A stretch of DNA of 64,000 nt from NCBI GenBank assembly GCA_963799775.1, contig CAWCYD010000003.1, forward strand, positions 768,001 to 832,000, written 5' to 3'. Shown here piece by piece: positions 9,844-19,646 of this stretch. The notes beneath the pieces are model-generated. The model did no database searches, was not told the origin of the DNA, and saw only the letters and a program-made list of their open reading frames with translations. The stretch is from an uncultured archaeon (GTDB lineage Archaea; Thermoproteota; Nitrososphaeria; Nitrososphaerales; Gagatemarchaeaceae). Each line of letters begins with the position of its first letter. Position 1 is the first letter of the stretch. Position numbers and translations under genes: made by a program.

Positions 9844-10877
9844 CTATGACCTCGCCGTGGACATCGTCCTTCTCTGGCTCATCATCGCCCACTTGTTGGT
9901 CTCCTCCTCCCTCAGGGTGCGCCCCGTCAGCTCTAGGTACGCCTCGTCGAGGGTCGGTCGCGTGAGCGAGATCTTGGAGACGTGCAACCCCTTGGCGCGG
10001 ATCATGTCTATTATCTGCGGGGAGGCCTCCTCTCCCGAATCCGCCTTTATGCGGTAGTCGCTGCCCGTCCGCGTGACCGCCTTTACGAGGTTGATCTTGG
10101 CGATGTCCGGGGAGAGGTCAGGCTCTGTCTCTTTGACCCCCACCACTATCACGTCCCCGCCCACGCTGGCCTTGAGCTCGTCGGGCGTGCCGATCTTGAC
10201 GATGTGACCGTGGTCGATGATTGCGATCCTGTCACAGAGGCCGTCGGCCTCCTCGAGGTAGTGGGTCGTGAGGAAAAGCGTCATGTTGTAGTCCTCCTTG
10301 AGCTTGCGGATGTATTTCCAGACGGCGGTCCGCGTCTGCACGTCGAGACCGAGCGTCGGTTCGTCGAGGAAGAGGAGCTTGGGGTAGTTGATCAGGCCGC
10401 AAGCGAGCTCCAGCCGCCTCCGCATTCCCCCCGAGAATGTGCTCACCTTTCGCTTAGCCGCGTCCTGCAGCTCGACGAGCTCGAGGAGCTCTGCCGCGTG
10501 GCGCTTCGAGTCGCTCCGAGGGATGCCGTAGAGGTCTCCGCAGAGCAGGATGTTCTCGTAGCCGGTCATGTCCTCGTCGGCGGTGTAGTCCTGAGGGACG
10601 ACCCCGACGCTCCTCCGCACGTCGTTGGGGTGTTTGTGGACGTCGAAGCCGCAGACCTCGGCCTTGCCTGAGGTGGGAGGCAGCAACGTCGTGAGCATGT
10701 TGATGGTGGTGCTCTTGCCCGCGCCGTTGGGCCCAGGAAGCCGAAGATCTCGCCCTGCCTGATCTCGAAGCTCACGTTGTCGACCGCCTTCTGCTGCCCG
10801 AAGCTCTTCGACAGGCCCTCCACTTTGACTATGACATCGCTCTCCTTGCCGCCCTGCCGGGCCCGTTCGGCCATCAA
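9844..10877 (-). CDS. ABC exporter ATPase (DrrA-like), frameshifted in Walker A
   Basis: FGFLGP/NGAGKST split between ORFs; FSGGMRRRL, LDEPT, TTHY. Confidence 0.88.
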
Positions 10878-11500
10878 GTCGGGCCTGACCTCCCCCGCGG
10901 ACTCTGCGCTGCCGGCTTTCCCTTGAGGCCTCGGAGCTGGGACTGAGTCCAGTCGAGCTGCCTCTCGAGGTTGATCGAATACTCCCTTAGCATGAAGTCC
11001 ATGTCGTTTCTGGATATCGCGCCCCTCCTGGCGTCGAACACCTCTTTCGTCATCTCGAACTGCTTCTTCGAGCCCTCAACGAACATGTTCCTGAACCCCG
11101 CAGGGTCGAGCATGTCGTAGAACAGCCTGCGCATCGCAATCCATCGCTGCGACGACGACGCGAACATGTCCTCTCTCTCCTTTATGAGTTCGGATCCTTT
11201 CGTAGTGATGCTGTACACCCTACGGTTCTCAGCCGCTCCCTTCGCCTCGGCCTGGATGTACCCGCTCGTCATGAGCTTCTTGAGGATCGGGTAGACGGAG
11301 CCAACGCCTGGGCGCCAGGCGCCTTCGGTCTTGCTGTCGATGTCCTGGAGTATCTCGTAACCGTGCTTCGGCTTCACAGAGATGCTGTGAAGTATGTAAT
11401 AGAGCAAAAGCCCCCGGGGAGCGCCTTTCAGCTGGGTGATGGAAGGCAGGTCGGCACGGGCTTGCCTCTTGCGCGGCTCGGGCATGTCTTCGGGGTCCAA
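10874..11500 (-). CDS. PadR family transcriptional regulator
   Basis: PKHGYEI...W.PG.GSVYP.L..L...GYI...RRVYSIT.KG. Confidence 0.9.
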   Translation of the reverse strand: MDPEDMPEPRKRQARADLPSITQLKGAPRGLLLYYILHSISVKPKHGYEILQDIDSKTEGAWRPGVGSVYPILKKLMTSGYIQAEAKGAAENRRVYSITTKGSELIKEREDMFASSSQRWIAMRRLFYDMLDPAGFRNMFVEGSKKQFEMTKEVFDARRGAISRNDMDFMLREYSINLERQLDWTQSQLRGLKGKPAAQSPRGRSGPT

Positions 11501-11586
11501 ACCGGGTTATTTACGTATATCTTATTTGATACACTGGCCGCTACACTGAAGGATACTGCCGGCGATGCGCGTGGATTGGCAGGAAG

Positions 11587-11719
11587 TGGCGGGCCCGGAG
11601 AGATTTGAACTCTCGATCTTCGGCTTCGGAGGCCGATGCCCTGATCCGTGCCAAGGGTGAGGTTCTCGGTGCCATGCTCATTTCCCCATCGCGGACGGCG
11701 GTGCCTAGGCTACGGGCCC
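11587..11719 (-). tRNA. tRNA-Arg(CCG) with 54 nt of extra sequence in the D-loop, encoded CCA
   Basis: GGGCCCG/CGGGCCC acceptor, TCGGC-CTCCGAA-GCCGA anticodon arm, GAGAG-TTCAAAT-CTCTC T arm; insertion about 11651-11704. Confidence 0.88.
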
Positions 11720-11777
11720 TAGTTCGCCGGGAAGAAGGATGATAGATAAGTCTGCGTGGAGACACAGGGAGGAGCGC

Positions 11778-13063
11778 TTGACAGATGTCAACCTCGTCAA
11801 TAACCTCTGGGTCCTGATATGCGGTCTCCTCGTATTCTCCATGACCGTTTCCGTAGGACTCCTAGAGATCGGCGAGCTGGGAGAAAAGTACTCGAAGAGC
11901 CTCCTCAAGACGCTTCTCATATCAGGGAGCGCGATATTCTTCATGGCCTTCGTGGGATTCAATACGGCGTTCGCGCCCACCGTTAGCGGAATCATCGGGA
12001 ACCCGCTGTACGACGGCGGCGTCTTCTTGGGGGGATTTTCTTCCACCACGACCGGCCTGCTCAGCGGCGTATGGTGGTCCATGGACACTGGTTACTTCTC
12101 GACTGGTCTGACAACCGGCACATACTTCATCTTCGAGACCCATTCGCAGCGGTAACCCTCGCGCTCGTCGGGGTCGTCGTCTTGAGGAAGATGAAACTCG
12201 AAGCCTTTCTCGCCTATTCCGTGGTCTACTTCATCGTGATCTGGAGCTTGCCGGCCGCGTGGATATGGAACCCCACCGGTTGGCTCTTCCTCTTGGGGGT
12301 CAGAGACTTCGCGGGAGGATTGGTCGTTCATGGCGCGGCCGCGGCCGCAGGGCTCGCCATAGTCCATCGCATCTGGAGGGAAGAGAAGAGCAAGGGACTC
12401 ACCGAGAGCGCCGTGGTCGAGACAAATGTGAATCCAGCTTGGTTGACCCTTGCGGTTCTTCTCCTGTGGATTGGGTGGTTCGGGTTCAACCCAGGGAGCG
12501 TCCTTGCATTCAATGCTTCAGCGATGACCGTAGTTCTGACGACTTTCTTGGCCGCCGCAGGCGCCTTCCTTTCAGTGATGTTCTTCCGATACATCACGAC
12601 GAAGAAGAACCCAGACCTGATCTACGCAGACAACGGGATATTGATGGGGCTCATTGTGATAACTCCGCTAGCCGGATTTGTGAGCCCGGCGAGCGCGGTC
12701 ATCCTCGGCATAGTCGCTGGGCCCCTGTTTCTGGCCGGGCAGAGATTGCTGTCCAGGTACAAATGGTTCTGCGATCCCGTTGGACTGTTTTCCGGACACA
12801 TGCTCGGCGGACTCTTCGGCCTGATGATGATAGGCATCTTCACGCAGAATGAATTCGCTGCCTCGTCGGGGAACGCCGCCTTGCCGAACGGGCTGCTCTT
12901 CGGAGGCGGCTTGGCGGCGCTTCATCAGCTGGGGCTCGAAGCCCTCGCTGCAGTTGTGGTCGTTGCAGCGGTCTTCGCAATGACCTACGTGACACTGGAG
13001 GTCATAGCTTGGGCAATGCACGGCATCACCACGGACTACAGAAAGGAAGGGCTGGCTCCCTGA
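11778..13063 (+). CDS. amt: Ammonium transporter, frameshifted near 12140
   Basis: DFAGGLVVH, WIGWFGFNPGS, D.VG.F.GH..GG; RBS GGAGG before TTG 11778. Confidence 0.9.
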
Positions 13064-13186
13064 CATTCCTGATCGTGGGCCAGATCGCTAGCCCGGTTCT
13101 CTCCGAGGAGCGCACCCCGAGCTGGCCGCTCGCAGCCCAATAGCACATGATAAATTCCCTCTTGCGAGAGGCACGACAAGAATCGA

Positions 13187-15106
13187 TTGAAGTTCCGGGA
13201 GTTCGAAGAGGAGGTCAGACAGGCCATCGCAAGCGCCGCCCAGGAAGGAGGGTATCATCTCGAGCACGTCGAGCTCCTCGTCCCACCGAACCCTGAGCTA
13301 GGCGACCTGTCGAGCCCGGTAGGACTGAGGCTGGCGAGGGTGACGAAGAAGCCGCCGGGAGAGATCGCGGAGAACCTGGCGTCGATCCTCAACCGTTCGG
13401 CTGGTGGCTGGCACCTCATCCGAGAGGTGGAGGCACATGGATCCGGCTACGTGAACTTCCGGCTCAACTGGGGGGCGTTCGCATACGAGACGCTACAGGC
13501 CGCGGTGACGGACGGCGGGCATCTTGAGGTGGACACGCCGTCAACGAAGAAGCGCATTGCAGTCGAGCACACTAACGTCAATCCAAACAAGGCTCTGCAC
13601 ATCGGACACGCGAGGAACTTGGTTCTGGGAGACTCGCTTGTCCGGACGCTGAAGAGGTTAGGTCACGACGTCCAGACCCTGAACTACATCGACGACTCGG
13701 GAGCACAGGTCGCTGACGTTATCGTTGGGCTGAGGTTCCTGGGCTTCTCCGACGAGGCGCCCGCCGGGATGAAGTTCGACGCGTACTGCGGTGACGTCAT
13801 CTACACCAAGGTGAACCAGATGTATGAGAAGGATCCCGCGCTGAAAGAGAAACAGCGCTTGGTGCTGAGGGAGATAGAGAAGGGGAGCGGAGAGATCAGC
13901 GAGTACGTCGATAGGATAGTCTCGAGGATACTTGCGGACCAGCTGAAGACTTGCTGGCGCCTGGGAGCTAGATACGACCTCCTGAACTGGGAGTCACACA
14001 TCCTCAGGACAGGGATGTGGAACGATGTCTTCGAAGAGATGAAGTCGAAGCACATCGCGGTCTTCGAGGAGGAAGGGGAGAACGCGGGCTGCTGGGTATT
14101 CAAGGACAAGGAGCTGGGCGAGGACAAGGTGCTCGTGCGGTCGGACGGGACGGTAGTCTACGTCGCGAAGGACATCCCATACGCGGCGTGGAAGCTGGGA
14201 TTGGTCCCTGACCGATTCACCTATTCCCCGTATGTCACGCAGCCGGACGGGCACCCGCTCTGGAGCACGTCGGCCGGCACCCCTAGCTCAGGCCCCGTCC
14301 AACATCCCAAGTTCGGGGACGCCGAGCTCGCCATCTCGGTCATCGACTCGAAGCAGAGCCGCCTCCAGAAGGTCGTGAGCAGGGCCATCGAGAGGCTCGA
14401 GGGCAAGAAGAACGTCAGGTACCTCCATCGCGCGTACGAGGTCGTGGCCCTCTCAAAGTCCTCGGCAGAGAGCCTGGGTCTGGCCACAGAGAAGGAGTTC
14501 GTACACATGCAAGGCAGGAAGGGGATATACATCAACGTGGACACGATCCTCGCGGCCCTCAAGGCCAAGTCTGGCGACGAGACCAGGAGGAGGAACCCTG
14601 ACAGGCCTCGAGAATGGGCGGAATCCGTCGCGGAGACTCTTGCGATAGCCGCCTTCCGGTTCGAGCTGGTCAAGCAGGATCCGGACAAGATGATAGCGTT
14701 CGACATGGAGTCCTCTCTACGGCTCGAAGGGGACACCGGCCCTTACCTGCTCTACAGCTACGCGCGCGCAAGCCGGATCTTGGCGAAGTCGGGCTCGAAG
14801 CAGATCACTCTGACGGAGCAAGCCGCCTCGGGCCTCAGCCAGCCGACTGAGGTGGCGCTGGTGAAGCTCCTCTCGACCTACGACAAAGCGCTGATCGAGG
14901 CAGAGAGATACCTCTCGCCGAAGGAGGTCGCGACGTATGCGCACGCCCTCGCGGCGACATTCAGCGAGTTCTACGAGGCCGTCCCCGTGAACAGCGAGCC
15001 TCAGGAGGCGCTCAAGCAGGCCAGGCTAGCGATGATACAAGCCTTCAGGGTGACGATGAAGGACGCCCTCTCCGTGATCGGTATCACCGCCCTGGAAGAG
15101 ATCTAG
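13187..15106 (+). CDS. argS: Arginine--tRNA ligase
   Basis: EHTNVNPNKALHIGHARN (HIGH), MQGRKG, GPYLLYSYARA. Confidence 0.95.
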   Translation: MKFREFEEEVRQAIASAAQEGGYHLEHVELLVPPNPELGDLSSPVGLRLARVTKKPPGEIAENLASILNRSAGGWHLIREVEAHGSGYVNFRLNWGAFAYETLQAAVTDGGHLEVDTPSTKKRIAVEHTNVNPNKALHIGHARNLVLGDSLVRTLKRLGHDVQTLNYIDDSGAQVADVIVGLRFLGFSDEAPAGMKFDAYCGDVIYTKVNQMYEKDPALKEKQRLVLREIEKGSGEISEYVDRIVSRILADQLKTCWRLGARYDLLNWESHILRTGMWNDVFEEMKSKHIAVFEEEGENAGCWVFKDKELGEDKVLVRSDGTVVYVAKDIPYAAWKLGLVPDRFTYSPYVTQPDGHPLWSTSAGTPSSGPVQHPKFGDAELAISVIDSKQSRLQKVVSRAIERLEGKKNVRYLHRAYEVVALSKSSAESLGLATEKEFVHMQGRKGIYINVDTILAALKAKSGDETRRRNPDRPREWAESVAETLAIAAFRFELVKQDPDKMIAFDMESSLRLEGDTGPYLLYSYARASRILAKSGSKQITLTEQAASGLSQPTEVALVKLLSTYDKALIEAERYLSPKEVATYAHALAATFSEFYEAVPVNSEPQEALKQARLAMIQAFRVTMKDALSVIGITALEEI

Positions 15107-15179
15107 GCGAAGAGCGAACGTCAGCCAAATGCCAAAATTTCCCGGATTGATTTCATAAACGAATCCTGGTGAACCCTCG

Positions 15180-15473
15180 GTGTGTATCCGCCGCAGTGGA
15201 CATTCTCGAACATCTCGCAAAGAGATAGACAGGTCGATCGAATCGGACGCGTCGGAAGTGAGCCTCTACCAGATCGTCGAGCAAAGGCTCGCCACCATCG
15301 TCGTTAGGGCCCCCGGCGAGGAGAAGGTGCCCACGGGAGTGGACCTCGCGCTGACGGAGAAGGACGACATACTGAGGACGCTGCACGGCTTCGTCCAAAA
15401 AGAGTACGATGAGATCAACGGAGAGCAGGAAATCGTCTCTTTCTTGAAGAGACTGGCCGCCTACGCCACGTGA
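15180..15473 (+). CDS. Hypothetical protein
   Basis: ORF with host-like codon use; start uncertain. Confidence 0.45.
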   Translation: MCIRRSGHSRTSRKEIDRSIESDASEVSLYQIVEQRLATIVVRAPGEEKVPTGVDLALTEKDDILRTLHGFVQKEYDEINGEQEIVSFLKRLAAYAT

Positions 15474-15576
15474 GAAGAAAAGCTACCAAGAAACAAGGTG
15501 GAAGTCTACCCCACGACGGAATCCATCAATTTCTCATGGTAAGCTAAAAAGGGGGTCGTCGATGAGCCTGACAAGA

Positions 15577-15672
15577 AGCCCGTTCGTCTAGTGGTCAAGG
15601 ATAGGGGCCTCTGGAAGCGCTCAACGCGTTTGGAGTTAGCCCTTGACCCAGGTTCGAATCCTGGACGGGCTA
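15577..15672 (+). tRNA. tRNA-Gln(CUG) with canonical 37/38 intron (15615-15637, 23 nt)
   Basis: AGCCCGT/ACGGGCT acceptor (A1-U72), anticodon CTG, BHB helix CTCT/GGAG with bulges GGA and TTA. Confidence 0.93.
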
Positions 15673-15825
15673 CCTCCTCAATTCTAGCTCTATTTGCCCA
15701 GAATAGCCTGATACTGGATGTATCGCCATAACGGGTCTTATATCATAGGTATTTGCCGCGTCTGGACGGGCAAGCTGGCTAGGCGGCCTGGTTGGGCCAT
15801 AAGATGTCGCAAGCCCTCGAGAGTC

Positions 15826-16575
15826 TCATTTCCACTTTGTGAGTATCTCTTCCCTCTTGAAGGTGGCTACGCTCAGAGAGAAGAGAAGCAGGTCGACCAC
15901 CAGGAAAATGCCGGACATGATGAGCAGATTGATCGTGGTCAATTGAATCACACCGATCTCGGTCATCACGTAGATGATGATGAAGGGGAAGAAGATCACC
16001 CCGGTGAACTGCTGTACGCTTCGAACGTCGTTGGCGCGTGCGGATAGGATGACAGTCAGCTCGATGGAGAGTATGCTCGCGAGCGGTGCGAGGACGAGAA
16101 GGCTCACTCCGATGCTCCAGTTTGGATAGAAGAGATACCCTAGCCCGGCGTGAGTGATCAGGTCTATCAGGACCATAAAGACTACCGAGCTAGCCCAGAT
16201 TGCGGCAATCGGTGGGACGAATGAAGCGATGATCTTTCCCAGCAGAATCTCACCATCTGTCATGGGCGTTGCAAGCAGAGGTTCGAGGCTCTTCTGGACC
16301 TTCTCGCCGACTATGCTGTACGAGGCGATTCCAGCTGGGAGACTCGCCGCTAGAATCACGTACCAGAAGGAAAACGCGTTCAGAAATGGAGCAACGGATG
16401 CGGATATGGTTCCTGTGCCAGCAACGCTTTCGATCGCAACAAGTACCGCGGGAAATCCCAAGGCAATACCGAATGGGGACACTATCGTGGCGTAGAGGAC
16501 CCCCTTCCTCCTCTTGAAGATCTCGAAGTCCTTTGATGCGACCGACCACGCGCTCTGCAAGTCCATTTCTATCAC
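15826..16575 (-). CDS. ABC-2 type permease
   Basis: SIVGEK..KSLEPLLATPMTD.EILLGK motif, multiple TM segments. Confidence 0.88.
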   Translation of the reverse strand: MIEMDLQSAWSVASKDFEIFKRRKGVLYATIVSPFGIALGFPAVLVAIESVAGTGTISASVAPFLNAFSFWYVILAASLPAGIASYSIVGEKVQKSLEPLLATPMTDGEILLGKIIASFVPPIAAIWASSVVFMVLIDLITHAGLGYLFYPNWSIGVSLLVLAPLASILSIELTVILSARANDVRSVQQFTGVIFFPFIIIYVMTEIGVIQLTTINLLIMSGIFLVVDLLLFSLSVATFKREEILTKWK

Positions 16576-17492
16576 TGGCTCCTGACCAGCTTCAGGTACA
16601 CATCCTCCAGAGTTGAGCTCGCCTCGGTAACGAACTGGATGCGACCCCCCGCAGCTCCGATTGCACTGATGATGTCAGGGTTCTCCTTCTCAGGATCACT
16701 CACTCCTATGATGAGCTTGTTGCCTTCGCCCGCCTCGACATTACCGGTTGCGACCTTCTTCGCTGCAGATATGATTGCGTTGTTGACGCTCTCGAGCTGG
16801 ACCACAATCTTCCTGCCGCTCGCCGACCGTTCGAGCTCGGCCGGGGTGCCCAGGGCCATCAGCTTGGTGTTCAGTATCGCGATCCTGTCGCAGATCCTTT
16901 GCGCCTCGTCGAGATTGTGCGTGTTGAGGAAGATGGTCTTCTTCTCTTTCTTCAGTTCCAGGATAAAGTCTCTCACAGTCTTCGACGCTTCCGGGTCGAG
17001 GTTGGCCGTCGGCTCGTCCATGAAGAGTATCTGCGGATCATGAATGAGAGCGCGCGCTATGGCAAGCTTCTGCTTCATTCCCTTGGAGAAGGTCCCTGCC
17101 AACAGATCCCTCTTGTCCCACAAACCAAGCAGCTTGAGGAAGTATTCTATCCTCTCTCTTCTCTTTGCTTCATCGACCTTGTAGTATCTGCCGTAGAAAT
17201 CCAGGTTCTTGTAGGCTGTGAGTTCCTCGTACAGACCAACGTTGTCTGGGACCAGTCCGATGATCCTCCTTATCTTTTGCTGGTCCGCGCTGTTTCCAAT
17301 GTCATAGTCGCCAATCCTGGCCGTGCCGCTCGTCTTCGATATCAGACATGCCAGCATCCGTATGGTGGTGGTCTTACCGGCACCGTTGGGACCGAGAAAG
17401 CCGAAGACTTCCCCCTCGTCGACGCGGAGGGTCAGGTCGTCGACCGCAACAAGGTCTCCGAACTTCTTCACGAGGTTCTCGGTCTCAATCAA
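16572..17492 (-). CDS. ABC transporter ATP-binding protein
   Basis: GPNGAGKTT, FSKGMKQKL, MDEPT, NTH. Confidence 0.92.
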   Translation of the reverse strand: MIETENLVKKFGDLVAVDDLTLRVDEGEVFGFLGPNGAGKTTTIRMLACLISKTSGTARIGDYDIGNSADQQKIRRIIGLVPDNVGLYEELTAYKNLDFYGRYYKVDEAKRRERIEYFLKLLGLWDKRDLLAGTFSKGMKQKLAIARALIHDPQILFMDEPTANLDPEASKTVRDFILELKKEKKTIFLNTHNLDEAQRICDRIAILNTKLMALGTPAELERSASGRKIVVQLESVNNAIISAAKKVATGNVEAGEGNKLIIGVSDPEKENPDIISAIGAAGGRIQFVTEASSTLEDVYLKLVRSQ

Positions 17493-17805
17493 CGACAGTT
17501 GGCCCTATTCGTTGGCAAGATGCGATATATACATGGGAGCGCCCGAGCCTCATGGCCTGACGATTCTTAAGATGGCAGGTTGGATTCGTACCTAATCGGG
17601 CGCGGACCCTTGACGTGCTATCATCAGCCTACCTACATTGTCCCCGCTCCGGGCAGGTTCGGGAATTGAAATGAAGTGACAACGGCGATTAGTAACCTTG
17701 TCAACAGACTGATCCCTTGGCGACAATGTCGCGAAAGCGTTGAAAAACAATGTGAGAGAGGACTCCTCCACTAAACAGATTAACGCTCGCTCTTACTGAC
17801 TGAAC

Positions 17806-17931
17806 ATGTTGTCCATGGAGCCCGATGCTGTTTGTTGCGTTCACGGAGTCTCTGTGGCTCAGTCTTGCGGGATTTGCGAGTTCATGGCCGGGCGCGACAG
17901 AGCTAAACCTACGACGACCGAAGCTGTCTAG
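17806..17931 (+). CDS. 41-aa putative Zn-binding microprotein (not in ORF track)
   Basis: MLSMEPDAVCCVHGVSVAQSCGICEFMAGRDRAKPTTTEAV; CxH-x7-CxxC. Confidence 0.45.
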   Translation: MLSMEPDAVCCVHGVSVAQSCGICEFMAGRDRAKPTTTEAV

Positions 17932-17964
17932 AGACCGGAAACAAAGATGTTCAGGCTGGTTATG

Positions 17965-18179
17965 GGCTCGGTCGTGTCCCCAGCTGGCCACAGGTATAGC
18001 GTAAACTTGGCCAAGCACGGGGGCCTTTGGAGCCCTTGACGTAGGTTCGAATCCTTGCCTGGAACCCGCCCGTCAGGCAGACTACCTTGCAGAACCCGCT
18101 CAAGGACGAAGACCTGGTGGCACCACAAGTATTGACCTGGGACAAATCGAACCAAGGGTCTCGAATCCTGGACGAGCTA
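17965..18179 (+). tRNA. Multiply interrupted tRNA-Gln(UUG)-like gene or pseudogene
   Basis: Intact core GGCCAAGCACG-GGGGC-CTTTGGA-GCCCT-TGAC-GTAGG-TTCGAAT-CCT at 18009-18055; acceptor halves GGCTCGG (17965) and CGAGCTA (18173) separated from it by insertions. Confidence 0.65.
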
Positions 18180-18237
18180 CTCATCTCATCGATTCGAGAG
18201 CGCTCAAGGCCTAGCGAAAGTCTGAGCGCGAACGCCC

Positions 18238-18399
18238 TTACAGTTTCTTCCTTACCTTTTGGGCCCCCTTCTTGACGTCTCTTCCTGCGGTCTTGACCGC
18301 ATTCTCGGCCTTCTTCCCCGCCTTCTTTACATCATGCCCCGCGGCGTCGAGGTCACGTTTTGCAGCTGATTTCATTCCCTTCCTTGTAACCATGCGCAT
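18238..18399 (-). CDS. 53-aa Lys/Ala-rich basic microprotein (not in ORF track)
   Basis: MRMVTRKGMKSAAKRDLDAAGHDVKKAGKKAENAVKTAGRDVKKGAQKVRKKL; TATA-like CTTAAA about 20-25 nt upstream. Confidence 0.65.
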   Translation of the reverse strand: MRMVTRKGMKSAAKRDLDAAGHDVKKAGKKAENAVKTAGRDVKKGAQKVRKKL

Positions 18400-18460
18400 G
18401 TTGAGCCATTTCCAGTTACTTTAAGGTTTGAAAGAGGTGGATTCTCTCGGCGTCCACTCA

Positions 18461-19565
18461 TTACTGAGCGACCGGAGTCTGGATCATCCTCTGGAGCGCC
18501 TCCGCGAAGATCGGCGCGACCGGGACGATGTGCTTCGTTATCGGGTCACTTGTTCTTCACGGTGTCTGTCGTGACTATCCTTGACACCCCTGCCCGGGTG
18601 AGCCTCTCGAGGGTGGACATCGGCACCTTCTCTCCGGGCGCCTTGCGTTTGTGGTTTATCGCGTGAGTGCAGGCCAGGGTGATGTCGGTCGCCCCTTTTG
18701 TGGCGAGCCAGCTGGAGACCTTCGCGATTGTCGTGCCAGTCCCCACCATATCATCGAAGAGAATGAGCTGCCTCCCGCTCAGGTCTGGGACGGTCCTCCC
18801 CGATGCGAGCGTGACGGAGACGTCGTCTTTCTTCCTCACCTTGTCGAAGAGGATGACCTCATCGTCGGTCGTCTTGAAGAAACGCTCGACCGGCTCCGCT
18901 ACGGGCCTGTGCCCCTTGTCAGGGATGACGACGATAGGGTGCTCGATGCCGAGCTTCTCCTTGGCGTAGGTGGCCAGCGCGTTCGTCGCGGTCAGGTTGT
19001 ACACCTGGAGCTCTGACCCGTCGATGGCTACGTTCCCAATCTGCGTAGCACCGAAGTCGACGCGGCCCACGCTCCTCCAAAAGTGGACGTCTATGGTGAA
19101 GATTCGGTCGACCTTCATCGCCTTTATCGCCCGAAGGATCGCGCGGATGCTCAGAGCCTCTCCTTGGTGGAAGACCTTGTCTTGGCGGGCGTGGACGAGG
19201 TATGGTATCACGAGGTCGATGTAGCGGACGTTCTGCTGACGGAGCGCGTCTATCGTCAGAAGCATCTCGATGAAGTGATGGTTCTCCATCGGGACCGTCG
19301 TCTGCACGTAGATCACGTGAGACCCGGTCAGCTCGAGCTTCACCTTGTCGAGGGGCAGCCTGACGTAGACCTCGCTGTCTGCGAAGTCCTCGGCGTAGAC
19401 GTCAAGAGCTTCGTGAAGGCCTAATGCCCTTGCTATCCCCCGCGCGATCAGTCTGGAGTTCCCGGCCTTCCCTCCGAAAACGACGGTCCGGTCTGCGCCT
19501 GAGACGGAGGGAGCGTGAGCGGCGGGCATTTCCTGGTCTCCTAGACGGCCGAAAGCCATCGGCAT
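18461..19565 (-). CDS. prs: Ribose-phosphate pyrophosphokinase family protein, divergent, C-terminal frameshift
   Basis: FADSEVYVR, PYL..ARQDK, TIDVH, PDKG, FDDMVGTGTTI, ACTH, TTDTV. Confidence 0.82.
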
Positions 19566-19646
19566 TTAATCCTTATAGATTCCAACTACGCCGAACGAGT
19601 TTGGGACGGGGAGCGGTTATATCAGCCGTCCCCGGGCGAAGGGCTC

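Larger units (their letters stand above)
15654..18180. mobile_element. Small tRNA-Gln-anchored island, no integrase
   Basis: TCGAATCCTGGACGGGCTAC (15654-15673) recurs as TCGAATCCTGGACGAGCTAC (18161-18180), 19/20; interior visibly AT-richer than flanks. Confidence 0.6.

Noticed and set aside
17886-18110. SRP RNA or RNase P RNA (starts GGCCGGGCGCG)
   Set aside because: No SRP helix 8 motif or RNase P P4 consensus; a small ORF and tRNA pieces explain the region better.
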